Source: Octopus sinensis (taxonomy: Eukaryota). Taken from it: a stretch of 64,000 bases of DNA. Positions 37,964-51,700 of this stretch are shown in pieces. The notes under the pieces are model-generated. The model searched no databases and was not told where the DNA came from. It saw only the letters and a list, made by a program, of their open reading frames with translations. The translations under genes were made by a program, and so were the position numbers. Position 1 is the first letter of the stretch, and the number at the start of each line of letters is the position of its first letter. The DNA is taken from contig NC_042997.1 in the NCBI RefSeq assembly GCF_006345805.1, positions 38,626,001-38,690,000 on the forward strand, given 5' to 3'.

Positions 37964-38491
37964 ATACAAAAGTTATGGCGTGTCTGTGAGCTTGTAGTTG
38001 AAGTGTGTTGAGAAGGCTGATTCGCAGATACATATTTATCAATACACTTTATCTATTACTTCATGATCAGTGTGGTCAGCAGCAGAACGAATCTTATTTG
38101 CGTGTAATAAACACTCAGCAATTAATTTATCTAATGTTTATCACAAGTGCCATTCCGATAAGAAATGATTCTTCATTCGCTCTCGTAGGTTTTATGCACA
38201 ATGTTTTGAATGAAGATTATCGACAAATTATTGGCTAATAATTATTTTGCTCATTTAAGTTTTTTGGGGTTTTTTTTCGACAGTTTAATCTATCGCTCTC
38301 CAATTTATGCTGACATGTGAGTTAAACATTTATTCCTGCATTACAAATGCAGTTTAACATTTCCAATTAATTGGGTGCATATCAGTTATATTTTTATTCT
38401 TTTAGATGTGTCCTTTTCAAGAAATCTTATACACGTATGACATTCGCAAATTCTCAGCTATGTCAAATTTTCTTCGCTTATGCCCCTAAAT

Positions 38492-38635
38492 TCTCTCTCT
38501 CTCTCTCTCTTCCTCTTTCTTTCTTTCTTTCTCTCTAACACATGCGCACACACACGTACACACACTCTCTCTCTCTCTTTCTTTTTTTCTTTCTTTCTTT
38601 CTCTCTAATACATGCACACACACACACACACACAC

Positions 38636-38670
<35 letters not shown>

Positions 38671-38835
38671 CTCTAACACATGCGCACACACACGCCACAC
38701 ACACTCTCTCTCTCTTTCTTTCTTCTTTTTCTTTCTCTCTAATACATGCACACACACACACACCACACACTCTCTCTCTCTCTTTCTTTCTTCTTTCTTT
38801 CTTTCTCTCTAACACATGCACATGCACACCACACA

Positions 38836-38882
<47 letters not shown>

Positions 38883-38911
38883 AACACATGCACACACACA
38901 CACCACACACA

Positions 38912-38943
<32 letters not shown>

Positions 38944-38949
38944 CTCTAA

Positions 38950-38981
<32 letters not shown>

Positions 38982-39031
38982 CACACACACTCTCCCCCCT
39001 CTCTCTCTCTTTCTTTCTTTCTTTCTCTCTA

Positions 39032-39062
<31 letters not shown>

Positions 39063-39182
39063 CTCTCTCTCTCTCTTCCTCTTTCTTTCTTTCTTTCTCT
39101 CTAACACATGCACATGCACACACACACACACTCTCTCTCTCTTTCTTTCTTTCTTTCTCTCTAATACATGCACACACACACA

Positions 39183-39221
<39 letters not shown>

Positions 39222-39239
39222 CCTCTCTCTCTCTCTCTT
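38492..39239. repeat. Compound minisatellite built of (CT)n-(CTTT)n-AACACATGC-(CA)n units
   Basis: About 12-13 imperfect units of roughly 55-65 bp. Confidence 0.85.
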
Positions 39240-39599
39240 CCAGATAATATTACGATTTACAAAATTGTATAATATTTAAGGTGTATAAGGTTAGTTGCGT
39301 TTTCATTTAATTAATTCTCTGTTTTGAAAAATGCCATTCCATCGAATATTTTACTGTTTTATATTTCTTTGGCTAAATTTGTCATCGTTTAGATATGAAT
39401 ACCTTACTAGAATATTATTTTTATAATAACTCTATAAATAATCGTTACGTTACGCCATAGCATGGGTGCGTTGAGAATATAGAGAAAACACGCTGTGGTA
39501 TGCTGTCAGGACTGTTGACGATATATAGTTTGACTTATCATATTGTGAAGTTAAAAGGGAAATCAATCAGACTGCAGAAAAGAGAACTTGGTTGTGACG

Positions 39600-40050
39600 C
39601 GTGTTACGGTAAAGGTAACTTCGGTTTCCTAAACAAGACTAGAAAAATAAAGGACGAAAGAGGGTAAGAGATAACAGCAGGGGCTGCAGGAACAACACAG
39701 TAAGCCTCAGTAACCAGTTTCCAGAACACCCTCCGGTTAATATAGGAGAATATTGAAAAAGTCATCTCGGTCCGGTTGCTTGGAACTGATTACCAGGAAG
39801 CTTGAGAATTCCTTCTTTGGTTACAGCTAGTAACGCCACCCAATGATAAGGAGGAGCTGGCAAATAGACAGAAGAATAACACAGAATTTGAAAAAACAAG
39901 CAAGTCTAAACCGAATATAAGATGGACACGTGAGGAGGTACTCATATATCTTTAGAACTGCAAAAAATTCATGACTCTTCAAATAGCCAACAGGGAGCTA
40001 ATAAATTTACTGGGGAAAAAGGAAGGAATGAATAGGAAACTGAAGTGGGG
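39600..40050 (+). pseudogene. Possible degenerate non-LTR retrotransposon N-terminal fragment
   Basis: KSKPNIRWTREEV loosely resembles the Myb-like RWTxEE motif of RLE-type LINEs; stops present. Confidence 0.2.
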
Positions 40051-40532
40051 TTGAGCATTGGATTTGTGAAACTTTTGAATCTTAGTCAACATAATCGGCT
40101 TGATCCCTTCTCTTAAATTTCTTGCTTTATGCCTAAATTAGAAATGATTACTACAAGGGTAGTGGATCGGCAGAATTGTTAAAGTGTTGAACAAAAGGTT
40201 TTGTAGTATTTGCTCCGACAGTATTTACTCAGGGAAAATCTTATTGCTCTCACCTTTGCCTTTCATATTTACGCGGTCGATAAAACAAAGTACCAATCAA
40301 GTACTGAGGTCGATGGTGTCGACTCGATTTTTCTACCAAAATTTTGGGCATTGTGCATTGTACATATGACGATAGGATGTGATTTGCTTGCTATTTCTAG
40401 GACGTCGACTGGCAATGAACAAGCTTCTCTTGGGTCTATATTTTAGTGTATATTCGTTCAATATCCACCGCTTTGCGAAATGCAAAACGACATAATCTTA
40501 AATTTGAATTGTTTGTCCTTTAATATAAAATA

Positions 40533-40925
40533 CTAGCAGTATCGCCCGGCGTTGCTCGGGTTTGTAAGGGAAATAACTATATAAGCATTTTTAGAGATGT
40601 AAAGTATAATAGCCATCTCAATATGGTTAACCACAAAGGATGGGGTGTGTTACTGTAGCTTTTTACGTTCTGAGATTTAATAATAAATTTTTAGAGAGTT
40701 ACTTCCCTTATATATGCCCAAAATGCATTAAAATGGGAAAAATTGATGGTATTTTTTTTTTAAATCGTAGACTCATCGTAGACGCGCGCTAATACCCAGA
40801 AGGGCTCGATATGAATCACGACTATAAGATACCCGGTTTTGGTTAAACTGCACCGCAAAATGTGGGAGTAGTTAGGAATCTAAATCGTAGGAGACAGCAC
40901 ACAACCTCACTTTTATATATAAAGA
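40533..40925 (-). mobile_element. Non-autonomous Helitron (same internal variant as 15638-16035)
   Basis: TC / hairpin-CTAG termini. Confidence 0.88.
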
Positions 40926-41170
40926 TATTCACTTTAAATGCAAAGAGTCTTTGAATGAATTACTAACTTATTTCATTTTCAGAATTTACTTAGATGACAT
41001 TTCCATAAACAACGTTCCTGGTCAATGTCACATATTCATCAGTTTGATGTATATTTCATCTGCAAACAACATTCTATGGTTTCTTGGATCGCTCAGCTAA
41101 TAACAACATTTAATTGCCTGTGAGAAAACAGTGGAGTTTGAACACATAATCCACACCTCTTTAAATTTTA

Positions 41171-41579
41171 TTATCGGTTCTTATTCATCGACATAACAAA
41201 AGCAGCCCATATAAGAAATTGCAGCTCTTTAAAAATTATTGGCAAATCGGTTTCAGAATTGCGTATCAACAACATGTTCTGGCGCTCAAAACAATCTATA
41301 AACAACTCTGTGAATTCTATAAGTGAAAAATCTAAAGCATCGTTTGCTTCCACGCTACACATGGCCATGGCACTGTTGAACCTCCGAATGTTTCTTCTGA
41401 GATATTTTGCTGCTGCTGCAGACAATTGCTGCGATTTATCAGCTAAATTTAGAATATGAATAATTAAACCAAATTTACTGCAAATACTAAAATCAGGGCA
41501 AGTTAATGTTCCTTCAATGCACAATTCAATGAACAACAGAGCGATTAAATGACGGTTTCTCTCGTTCATTAAACCACAT
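41171..41579 (-). CDS. Candidate (terminal) coding exon of unidentified, helical-repeat-like protein
   Basis: Acceptor CCTTTACAG; only one open frame, 135 codons (CGLMNERNRHLIALLFIELC..MNKNR) ending in TAA; unique, non-repeat sequence. Confidence 0.5.
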
Positions 41580-41987
41580 CTGTAAAGGATCACATTGACA
41601 GTAACTTCTAGCACTCAGTGTGTCATGCTGTCTTACAATATTTAACCATTTTTCTTTCCTTTTTTTTTTATCTGTTTTGACTATTAATTCTGTTTTAGGC
41701 TTTCAGTTATTCTCTTCGTTCTTGAGAAATTTTCAGATGTGTTTGATGATGATTCATAGCATCTTATTCTGAAATCTGCTCCTGCTGTTGTCGTGCTGCA
41801 CTTTGCTTTTTTTTTACATTTTTAGCCTAAATATATTTTCATTTCTCTCGTGAGAGAGCTGCTCGTGTGCTTCTCTATGTTTTAATATACGTTCACATTG
41901 TTCATAAAGAAATTGTCCCCCGTACTCGGTTATATTGTTCAGCGCTACGAGCCAAAATGGGTTTCTCGCAGTTCTATCATCATCAGA

Positions 41988-42037
<50 letters not shown>

Positions 42038-42091
42038 CATCATCATTATCATCATCATCATCATCATCATCATCATTATCATCATTATAAA

Positions 42092-42305
42092 GGCGGCTAG
42101 CTGACAGAATTGTTAGCACGCTGGACTAAATTCTTAGCAGTATTTCGCCCGTCGCTACATTATGAGTTCAAATTCCCCCCGAGGTCGACTTTACCATTCA
42201 TCTTTTCAGGTTCGATAAATTAAGTACCAGTTGATTACTGGGGTCGATGTGATCGACTATCCCCCTCACCCAGTTTCAAGCCTTGTGCCTACAATAGAGA
42301 GTATT
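42092..42305 (+). mobile_element. SINE family B variant with (ATT)n tail
   Basis: Head GGCGGCTAGCTGACAGAA; embedded between (ATT)n(ATC)n and (ATT)n. Confidence 0.82.
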
Positions 42306-42324
42306 ATTATTATCATCATTATTA

Positions 42325-42359
<35 letters not shown>

Positions 42360-42361
42360 TA

Positions 42362-42413
<52 letters not shown>

Positions 42414-42414
42414 G

Positions 42415-42495
<81 letters not shown>

Positions 42496-42544
42496 TTATT
42501 ATATTATTGTTATATTATTATATTATTATTATTATTATATTATG

Positions 42545-42601
<57 letters not shown>

Positions 42602-42610
42602 TTTTTATTA

Positions 42611-42656
<46 letters not shown>

Positions 42657-42657
42657 T
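42300..42657. repeat. Long (ATT)n trinucleotide microsatellite
   Basis: About 355 bp of interrupted ATT repeats. Confidence 0.95.
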
Positions 42658-42669
42658 TACTTGTGGAAG

Positions 42670-44220
42670 CTGTGCTGCTCGACATTGAGGACAAAATAAA
42701 CATACTACAAATTACCAAACAGCACCACCAGAACTGATGGGGGTAGAGGATAAAGTTGCTAATCCAAGTAAATCAAAGCACCTGGAACAAATGCCAGACC
42801 TGTTAGACATATCAGATGACAGAATACGACGCAGAAGTGGGTAGACGCAGGTGCTACCGATGTGAGCAAAAAGACCACCTCAAAGCTTCATACCCACTCG
42901 GAGCAAGAGACAGAAGTCCCACAACCACCACCACCACCAAAGGAGACACCTCCAACAGACCCCAAAAAGGCCGACCCGGAACGCACCACAAGCCTCCCTA
43001 CCACCCACCGAAACAGCCGAGTCTATACAACCTACAGAAGACATAGCAACGTCCACGGCAGCGGACAACGCCACTGTCCCGAATCCAGTATAAGAGACTA
43101 TTTCACCACTCACAGAGGAAGGTCCGCATTCTATATAACCGGCCAGTATAACAACGAAAACCACTCCAATCAAAGATACCCAAAACCCAAAAGATTTACC
43201 TCCCACCGAGTTGAACCTACTGACAACAGCGACGAATAGAGAGCAAGACCCAAAAGAAGAAAAAAGAAAAGACTCCACGCCAACACCCCACCGCAACACA
43301 GACACACAACCACCTTCACTCACACCCACATACAATACTTACACCATCAGCCCCACTTCCAGCTCTGCACGCCCTACACACAGTCACAAACCACACAGCC
43401 ATCAACACAACAAACACATCCCTTCGTGGAATACACGCAAGACAACCCCTACATCACACCGTATAAGTCCATTAATCTGCACTTACATGTCCCCAAGCAC
43501 ATTGAAATTGTAAGCATAAACAGTGACATTTACATTCAACTAAATGAAAAATACCCCATGACATAGGAAATCTGCAAAGCACGTTGACAAAACACCTATG
43601 CAAAAATTTAATTGCGGATATCCCACAAGCCACCGAGGGAATTGAGGAAAATCCTTCACTCCCCCTCAGCACACAGTGTAAGTAACCCCGCCACCGAATC
43701 AGTTAGGTTTAGCAAAGCTTTAGCTTTGGAAAAGTCAAAATAGAGGGAGATTTAGTTAGGTCACTAGAAGAGGCGCTAAGATCAGGCAATGCAACCGACG
43801 TGCCGGCAGAGAGAATGGCTCTTGACTAACATCTCAATGCCAAGCACAAAGGATGCATTGTCATGGCAAAGGCACGTGCTATGAGACAAGAGGGAACCAA
43901 CACCGCTGAATGGGCCTCAATGGTAGAGGCCCGACGTGGTGACAAAGCCACCATACGGTCTTTGGTTGACCAAAATGGGCGCATAGTAGACGAACCTGAT
44001 CAGATGTGAGCAGTCCCCGCCTTCTTCAGTGTCTTCTTACTCAATATTTTTAGGGACGAGTGGTGGGCCAGAACGCAAGATGGACTTCTCGGACATCCTC
44101 GTTGGCCTGTCGCGACTCTCAGCAAGGGAGGCGGAGCATTGCGAAGGGCCGATAACAGCCGCAAAGGAGAAGGATGCCTTCACGGAATGTACCGGGTAAG
44201 ATCGCCGGGTCTGGATGGGG
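42670..44220 (+). pseudogene. Tx1/L1-like LINE remnant (ORF1 knuckle plus ORF2 linker)
   Basis: RRCYRCEQKDHLKASYP (degenerate CCHC); HLNAKHKGCIV..ATIRSLVDQNG..EGPITAA..SPGLDG, the segment preceding the RT domain in L1/Tx1. Confidence 0.75.
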
Positions 44221-45408
44221 TAGGACCGCATTTGGCAGTAATTACAGCTTGAATTTTACGAGGTATGGACTCGTACACAGTTTGAATTGTTCCAAGGAAT
44301 TTTTGTCCATTCCTCAGCTAAAACAGTCTCCAATTCTAATAGAGATGATGGTGGAAGATATCGACTCCTTACTTGTTTTTGTAAAATGCACCATAAATGT
44401 TCAATAATACTGCGATCTGGGGACCGTGGTGGCCAGATAATATATTCATTTTCACTTGAATGTTCCTCGTGCTATTCAGTAACAACTTTAGCTGTGTGAA
44501 TTGGTGCATTATCTTCCTGAAAGATTGCGTTTCCCTCCGGAAACTGTTCCGCAACCATAGGATAAATTTGATCGGATGTAATGCTTAAATAGTCTTGACT
44601 ATTAATTCTGACATGAAGGGAAACAATTGGGCTGGCAGATTTCCAAGATATAGCCCCCTCAGATCATCACAGATCCTCCTCCATGTTTAAAAGTTAGAAG
44701 AAGGCAGAGTGGGTCAAACGTTTCTTTTGGCTGTCTCCACACGTATACTCGGCCGGTGGTCGGAAATAAGGATGACGTCCGAATATTCTTTCACTGCTCT
44801 ATGGACTAATTCTGTAGGTTTTTACTCCACTCTAAACGCTTTGCAATGTTTGTTTTTGAAAGTAATGGTTTTCTGATTGCAGCCCTCCCGTGAAATCCAG
44901 CTTTGTGCAGCTCCCGGCGAACAGCTTTTGTTGAAACCGGGTTCTCGAGGTGGTCATTAAGCTCTGCAGTAATTTTGAGAGCTGCACTTTTGTGATCCTT
45001 TCTAACACTTTGCGCAAGAGTCCGACAGTCCCTATCTGAAAGTTTTGGTTTTCTTCCAGAGTTTTGTTTCGACGAGAGAGTTTTTCGCTCTTCCTCAAAG
45101 GCTGTCATTACTTTCGAGACAATACCTCTTGATACACCAAGCATTTCGGCTGTTTTCGTTACGCTAGCGCCTGCTATACGAGCACCAACAATTCGACCTC
45201 TTTGAAAGTCCAATCAATCTGTCATTTTGATGAATTTTAATTATCTTTTTCTGATGATATCTCAAAATAAACAGCAATTTTAGCAAAACTTATTAAACAA
45301 CACTAATAATAATAAAAAATATAAAAATAAATAAGCATTTTTAAATGTTTTATAGATATTTCAAAATTATGATGCTAGGTGTGTTTCCATTATTTTGTCC
45401 GACCCCTG
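44221..45408 (-). mobile_element. Tc1-like DNA transposon, one TIR lost, transposase pseudogene (45225 to about 44221)
   Basis: TIR CAGGGGTCGGACAAAATAATGGAAAC plus TA; FQRGRIVGARIAGAS.. paired-like HTH, GRKPKLS, FQEDNAPIHTAK, WPPRSPD..IEHLW, IQAVITAKCGP. Confidence 0.9.
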
Positions 45409-45474
45409 TATGTATGTATGTATGTATAATATATTATATATATATATATATATATATAGATATATATATATATT

Positions 45475-45516
<42 letters not shown>

Positions 45517-47403
45517 CACGCACACAAAGGGAGAGGGAAGGAGACAGAGAGAGAGAGAAAGAAAGAAAGAGGACAGATATCCAAACAAGGAAGAACAGTT
45601 GGAGAACTATCTTTACACGAGTTGCAGTTGTGAAAGCTCGCTCCACACCTGATAGCGAAAATCAATATCAAAGGTGTTTTGATCTGTGACCAGCCTGTCG
45701 TTTTTTTTTTGTTGTTGTTTTTTTTCTGATATAGTCTATCTAGGGTTACAATAAGAATGTGTCCTGCGTTTTTAGAATGAATGTCTGATGTAAATTGAAG
45801 AGGATCTAGCTATTATATCTAGCCGATCGTTCGTCCACTTAAAGACACACTTGTATGAGTAACGTTAATGCTAATACACATGCGCACGTTGCGAACGCAT
45901 GTGTGTCTCTGTGTGTGAATGTGCATGTGTGTTTGTTGGGGTGGAAGTGGACGTAAAATTTGATTAGCCTGTCAGTCAATAGGCAAAACGCTTAGCAACA
46001 TGGTCAGAGAAGGAAAGATTGAAAGAAACCACCTGCCTGCAATGCTGAGTGACATTGAATACGTAATTATTATAGCATAAGTTGTGTGTTACAGTAGCGC
46101 AATATTTCTCTAGAATGAATGAATATACGTTGTTTCATGAAGGTAATCTTACATTAGCCTCAGTGCCTCGGGACTCAAACCACTGGAACTGCCATTACAG
46201 ACTTTTGTTACATTTTTCACTGATGTATGATGTCTACTCTCCACTCTCTCCACTCTCTCTCTCTCTCTCTCTCTGTTTTGATCCAGTCTTTCTCTCTCTC
46301 TTTCCTCACTCTTTTCCCCCTCTGTCTCTCTTCTTCTCTCTCTTTTTCACTCACAAACATTTACTTTTACCGTTTTCGGTGCCGTTCACTTTTTACTGTC
46401 ATTTTCAATTACATTAGTTAACCGTTATTTTCGTTTTGTTTTTCTCTCCACCAACACAGACACACATACACACACACATACGCACACCACACACACACAC
46501 ACACACACTCACACACACATACACACACACACACACACACTTCGTTCTTCCTTCTTTCTGCTCTCTGTGTTTCGTTCTTTCTCTCTAAAGCACCGATATT
46601 TTCTCTATAATTCTTTCACATTTCCATATTCTTAATCTATTTCCTTTTCCTTTTCTCTTTCTCAAATACTCACCTCCTATACATACGCCCACACATTCCA
46701 TCTCACTCTCTCTCTCTCTCTCTCTCTCTCTTTCACATTCTCTCACTTCCTCTCTCACTCTCTCTATCCATCTATTTCCCTTCTTTCCTTATATACATCT
46801 TGTCCTTTTTCTTTCATTGTTTTATGATTCTCACTTGACTGTGTTCCATCATAGTTTTTACTATTTTGCTTTTACTCCGCTCTATTTCTTCCCTTCTCTA
46901 CTCTCTATTTTTCTTTCTCTCTCTCTTTCTCCCCCACATTTCGCCCATACACCATTTTTTTACTTCCGCCTATGTACTTTCTCTCCTTTTTATCGACAGT
47001 TAAGTGCGTGCGTTTCACTTCGCCTCCACGAAGACCATGAACTTGAAACAATATCTTATCTTGTTATAATAAGAAAGGTTCTCGCAAATACAATAAAAAA
47101 TATTCTTGATTAATTGGTAATTTTTCTTCACGGTTTTTTTATACACAATTATTTCTATAATTCTGAAATAAATAGTGTTTATTATCTACTTACTGCATGA
47201 GATAAATATCTAATATCTATTTATCATACGTCTTTCTCCTTATAATTTACTTATAATTTACTTAATTTTTTCCTTCCTCCAATTGTAATTACTCTAGTCT
47301 TTCAATGTACAATATCCTTTATTGTTCTCAGCTCACCTCAACTATATATATATATAATATAATATAATATATATATATATATATTATATATATACATATA
47401 TAC

Positions 47404-47466
<63 letters not shown>

Positions 47467-47734
47467 TTTAGCAATTAAGGACAACTACTTAATAAGGAAA
47501 ACTTAACAAGAAATTGTCAGGTAGATAGCGTAAAAACCTCATAAGAGAAAAAATTTCGAAAATAATTATTTCTTATTGAACATATTAATTTATATATAGA
47601 GGGCATTATACATACATGCCAGGAGGCATTCTACATACACGCCATACGCTAAGAGGACAATCAGTCATTTCTACCAAAAATATTACTAATCCCACCGAAT
47701 GCAATTTTTCAAAGAAAGACATTTAAAAATATAT

Positions 47735-47782
47735 AGACCTGTATCACAGTGATTTCATACTTACGTAATCATCAGCAGGCCT
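47735..47782 (-). ncRNA. Minimal type-I hammerhead ribozyme (array unit 1; repeated in all 10 direct units)
   Basis: Minus strand: AGGCCTG-CTGATGA-T-TAC-GTAA-GTA-T-GAAA-TCACTGTGA-T-A-CAGGTCT. Canonical core, 7-bp helix I, GNRA-capped helix II (U.U at 10.1-11.1), near-palindromic helix III. Confidence 0.8.
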
Positions 47783-48697
47783 GAATATACCATAAATAAA
47801 TAAACAACGACCCCGCTTCGCTTAAGCCGATCAGCTAACTGATCAACATCAACGAAGCACATGGTTGAATTATATATACTATATCCGGATGAATGGCAAA
47901 CTTTTACGAATTGCATTTCGGGAGAGGAAAAGTTTTTTCGGAATAAAAATTTAGCAATTAAGGACAACTACTTAATAAGGAAAACTTAACAAGAAATTGT
48001 CAGGTAGATAGCGTAAAAACCTCATAAGAGAAAAAATTTCGAAAATAATTATTTCTTATTGAACATATTAATTTATATATAGAGGGCATTATACATACAT
48101 GCCAGGAGGCATTCTACATACACGCCATACGCTAAGAGGGACAATCAGTCATTTCTACCAAAAATATTACTAATCCACCGAATGCAATTTTTCAAAGAAA
48201 GACATTAAAAATATATAGACCTGTATCACAGTGATTCATACTTACGTAATCATCAGCAGGCCTGAATATACCATAAATAATAAACAACGACCCCGCTTCG
48301 CTTAAGCCGATCAGCTAACTGATCAACATCAACGAAGCACATGGTTGAATTTATATATACTATATCCGGATGAATGGCAAACTTTTACGAATTGCATTTC
48401 GGAGAGGAAAAGTTTTTTCGGAATAAAAATTTAGCAATTAAGGACAACTACTTAATAAGGAAAACTTAACAAGAAATTGTCAGGTAGATAGCGTAAAAAC
48501 CTCATAAGAGAAAAAATTTCGAAAATAATTATTTCTTATTGAACATATTAATTTATATATAGAGGGCATTATACATACATGCCAGGAGGCATTCTACATA
48601 CACGCCATACGCTAAGAGGGACAATCAGTCATTCTACCAAAAATATTACTAATCCCACCGAATGCAATTTTTCAAAGAAAGACATTTAAAAATATAT

Positions 48698-48745
48698 AGA
48701 CCTGTATCACAGTGATTTCATACTTACGTAATCATCAGCAGGTCT
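48698..48745 (-). ncRNA. Hammerhead ribozyme, unit 3 (fully Watson-Crick helix I; same variant in unit 7 at 50631-50678)
   Basis: AGACCTG / CAGGTCT helix I. Confidence 0.8.
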
Positions 48746-51700
48746 GAATATACCATAATAAACAACGACCCCGCTTCGCTTAAGCCGATCAGCTAACTGA
48801 TCAACATCAACGAAGCACATGGTTGAATTTATATATACTATATCCGGATGAATGGCAAACTTTTACGAATTGCATTTCGGGAGAGGAAAAGTTTTTTCGG
48901 AATAAAAATTTAGCAATTAAGGACAACTACTTAATAAGGAAAACTTAACAAGAAATTGTCAGGTAGATAGCGTAAAAACCTCATAAGAGAAAAAATTTCG
49001 AAAATAATTATTTCTTATTGAACATATTAATTTATATATAGAGGGCATTATACATACATGCCAGGAGGCATTCTACATACACGCCATACGCTAAGAGGGA
49101 CAATCAGTCATTTCTACCAAAAATATTACTAATCCCACCGAATGCAATTTTTCAAAGAAAGACATTTAAAATATATAGACCTGTATCACAGTGATTTCAT
49201 ACTTACGTAATCATCAGCAGGCCTGAATATACCATAAATAAATAAACAACGACCCCGCTTCGCTTAAGCCGATCAGCTAACTGATCAACATCAACGAAGC
49301 ACATGGTTGAATTTATATATACTATATCCGGATGAATGGCAAACTTTTACGAATTGCATTTCGGGAGAGGAAAAGTTTTTTCGGAATAAAAATTTAGCAA
49401 TTAAGGACAACTACTTAATAAGGAAAACTTAACAAGAAATTGTCAGGTAGATAGCGTAAAAACCTCATAAGAGAAAAAATTTCGAAAATAATTATTTCTT
49501 ATTGAACATATTAATTTATATATAGAGGGCATTATACATACATGCCAGGAGGCATTCTACATACACGCCATACGCTAAGAGGGACAATCAGTCATTTCTA
49601 CCAAAAATATTACTAATCCCACCGAATGCAATTTTTCAAAGAAAGACATTTAAAAATATATAGACCTGTATCACAGTGATTTCATACTTACGTAATCATC
49701 AGCAGGCCTGAATATACCATAAATAAATAAACAACGACCCCGCTTCGCTTAAGCCGATCAGCTAACTGATCAACATCAACGAAGCACATGGTTGAATTTA
49801 TATATACTATATCCGGATGAATGGCAAACTTTTACGAATTGCATTTCGGGAGAGGAAAAGTTTTTTCGGAATAAAAATTTAGCAATTAAGGACAACTACT
49901 TAATAAGGAAAACTTAACAAGAAATTGTCAGGTAGATAGCGTAAAAACCTCATAAGAGAAAAAATTTCGAAAATAATTATTTCTTATTGAACATATTAAT
50001 TTATATATAGAGGGCATTATACATACATGCCAGGAGGCATTCTACATACACGCCATACGCTAAGAGGGACAATCAGTCATTCTACCAAAAATATTACTAA
50101 TCCCACCGAATGCAATTTTTCAAAGAAAGACATTTAAAAATATATAGACCTGTATCACAGTGATTTCATACTTACGTAATCATCAGCAGGCCTGAATATA
50201 CCATAAATAAATAAACAACGACCCCGCTTCGCTTAAGCCGATCAGCTAACTGATCAACATCAACGAAGCACATGGTTGAATTTATATATACTATATCCGG
50301 ATGAATGGCAAACTTTTACGAATTGCATTTCGGGAGAGGAAAAGTTTTTTCGGAATAAAAATTTAGCAATTAAGGACAACTACTTAATAAGGAAAACTTA
50401 ACAAGAAATTGTCAGGTAGATAGCGTAAAAACCTCATAAGAGAAAAAATTTCGAAAATAATTATTTCTTATTGAACATATTAATTTATATATAGAGGGCA
50501 TTATACATACATGCCAGGAGGCATTCTACATACACGCCATACGCTAAGAGGGACAATCAGTCATTTCTACCAAAAATATTACTAATCCCACCGAATGCAA
50601 TTTTTCAAAGAAAGACATTTAAAAATATATAGACCTGTATCACAGTGATTTCATACTTACGTAATCATCAGCAGGTCTGAATATACCATAATAAACAACG
50701 ACCCCGCTTCGCTTAAGCCGATCAGCTAACTGATCAACATCAACGAAGCACATGGTTGAATTTATATATACTATATCCGGATGAATGGCAAACTTTTACG
50801 AATTGCATTTCGGGAGAGGAAAAGTTTTTTCGGAATAAAAATTTAGCAATTAAGGACAACTACTTAATAAGGAAAACTTAACAAGAAATTGTCAGGTAGA
50901 TAGCGTAAAAACCTCATAAGAGAAAAAATTTCGAAAATAATTATTTCTTATTGAACATATTAATTTATATATAGAGGGCATTATACATACATGCCAGGAG
51001 GCATTCTACATACACGCCATACGCTAAGAGGGACAATCAGTCATTTCTACCAAAAATATTACTAATCCCACCGAATGCAATTTTTCAAAGAAAGACATTT
51101 AAAAATATATAGACCTGTATCACAGTGATTTCATACTTACGTAATCATCAGCAGGCCTGAATATACCATAAATAAATAAACAACGACCCCGCTTCGCTTA
51201 AGCCGATCAGCTAACTGATCAACATCAACGAAGCACATGGTTGAATTATATATACTATATCCGGATGAATGGCAAACTTTTACGAATTGCATTTCGGGAG
51301 AGGAAAAGTTTTTTCGGAATAAAAATTTAGCAATTAAGGACAACTACTTAATAAGGAAAACTTAACAAGAAATTGTCAGGTAGATAGCGTAAAAACCTCA
51401 TAAGAGAAAAAATTTCGAAAATAATTATTTCTTATTGAACATATTAATTTATATATAGAGGGCATTATACATACATGCCAGGAGGCATTCTACATACACG
51501 CCATACGCTAAGAGGGACAATCAGTCATTTCTACCAAAAATATTACTAATCCCACCGAATGCAATTTTTCAAAGAAAGACATTTAAAAATATATAGACCT
51601 GTATCACAGTGATTTCATACTTACGTAATCATCAGCAGGCCTGAATATACCATAAATAAATAAACAACGACCCCGCTTCGCTTAAGCCGATCAGCTAACT

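Noticed and set aside
47761-47967. 68-aa ORF in array units 1 and 8 (also 51137-51343)
   Set aside because: Open only because of a 1-nt homopolymer deletion in those two units; broken in the others.
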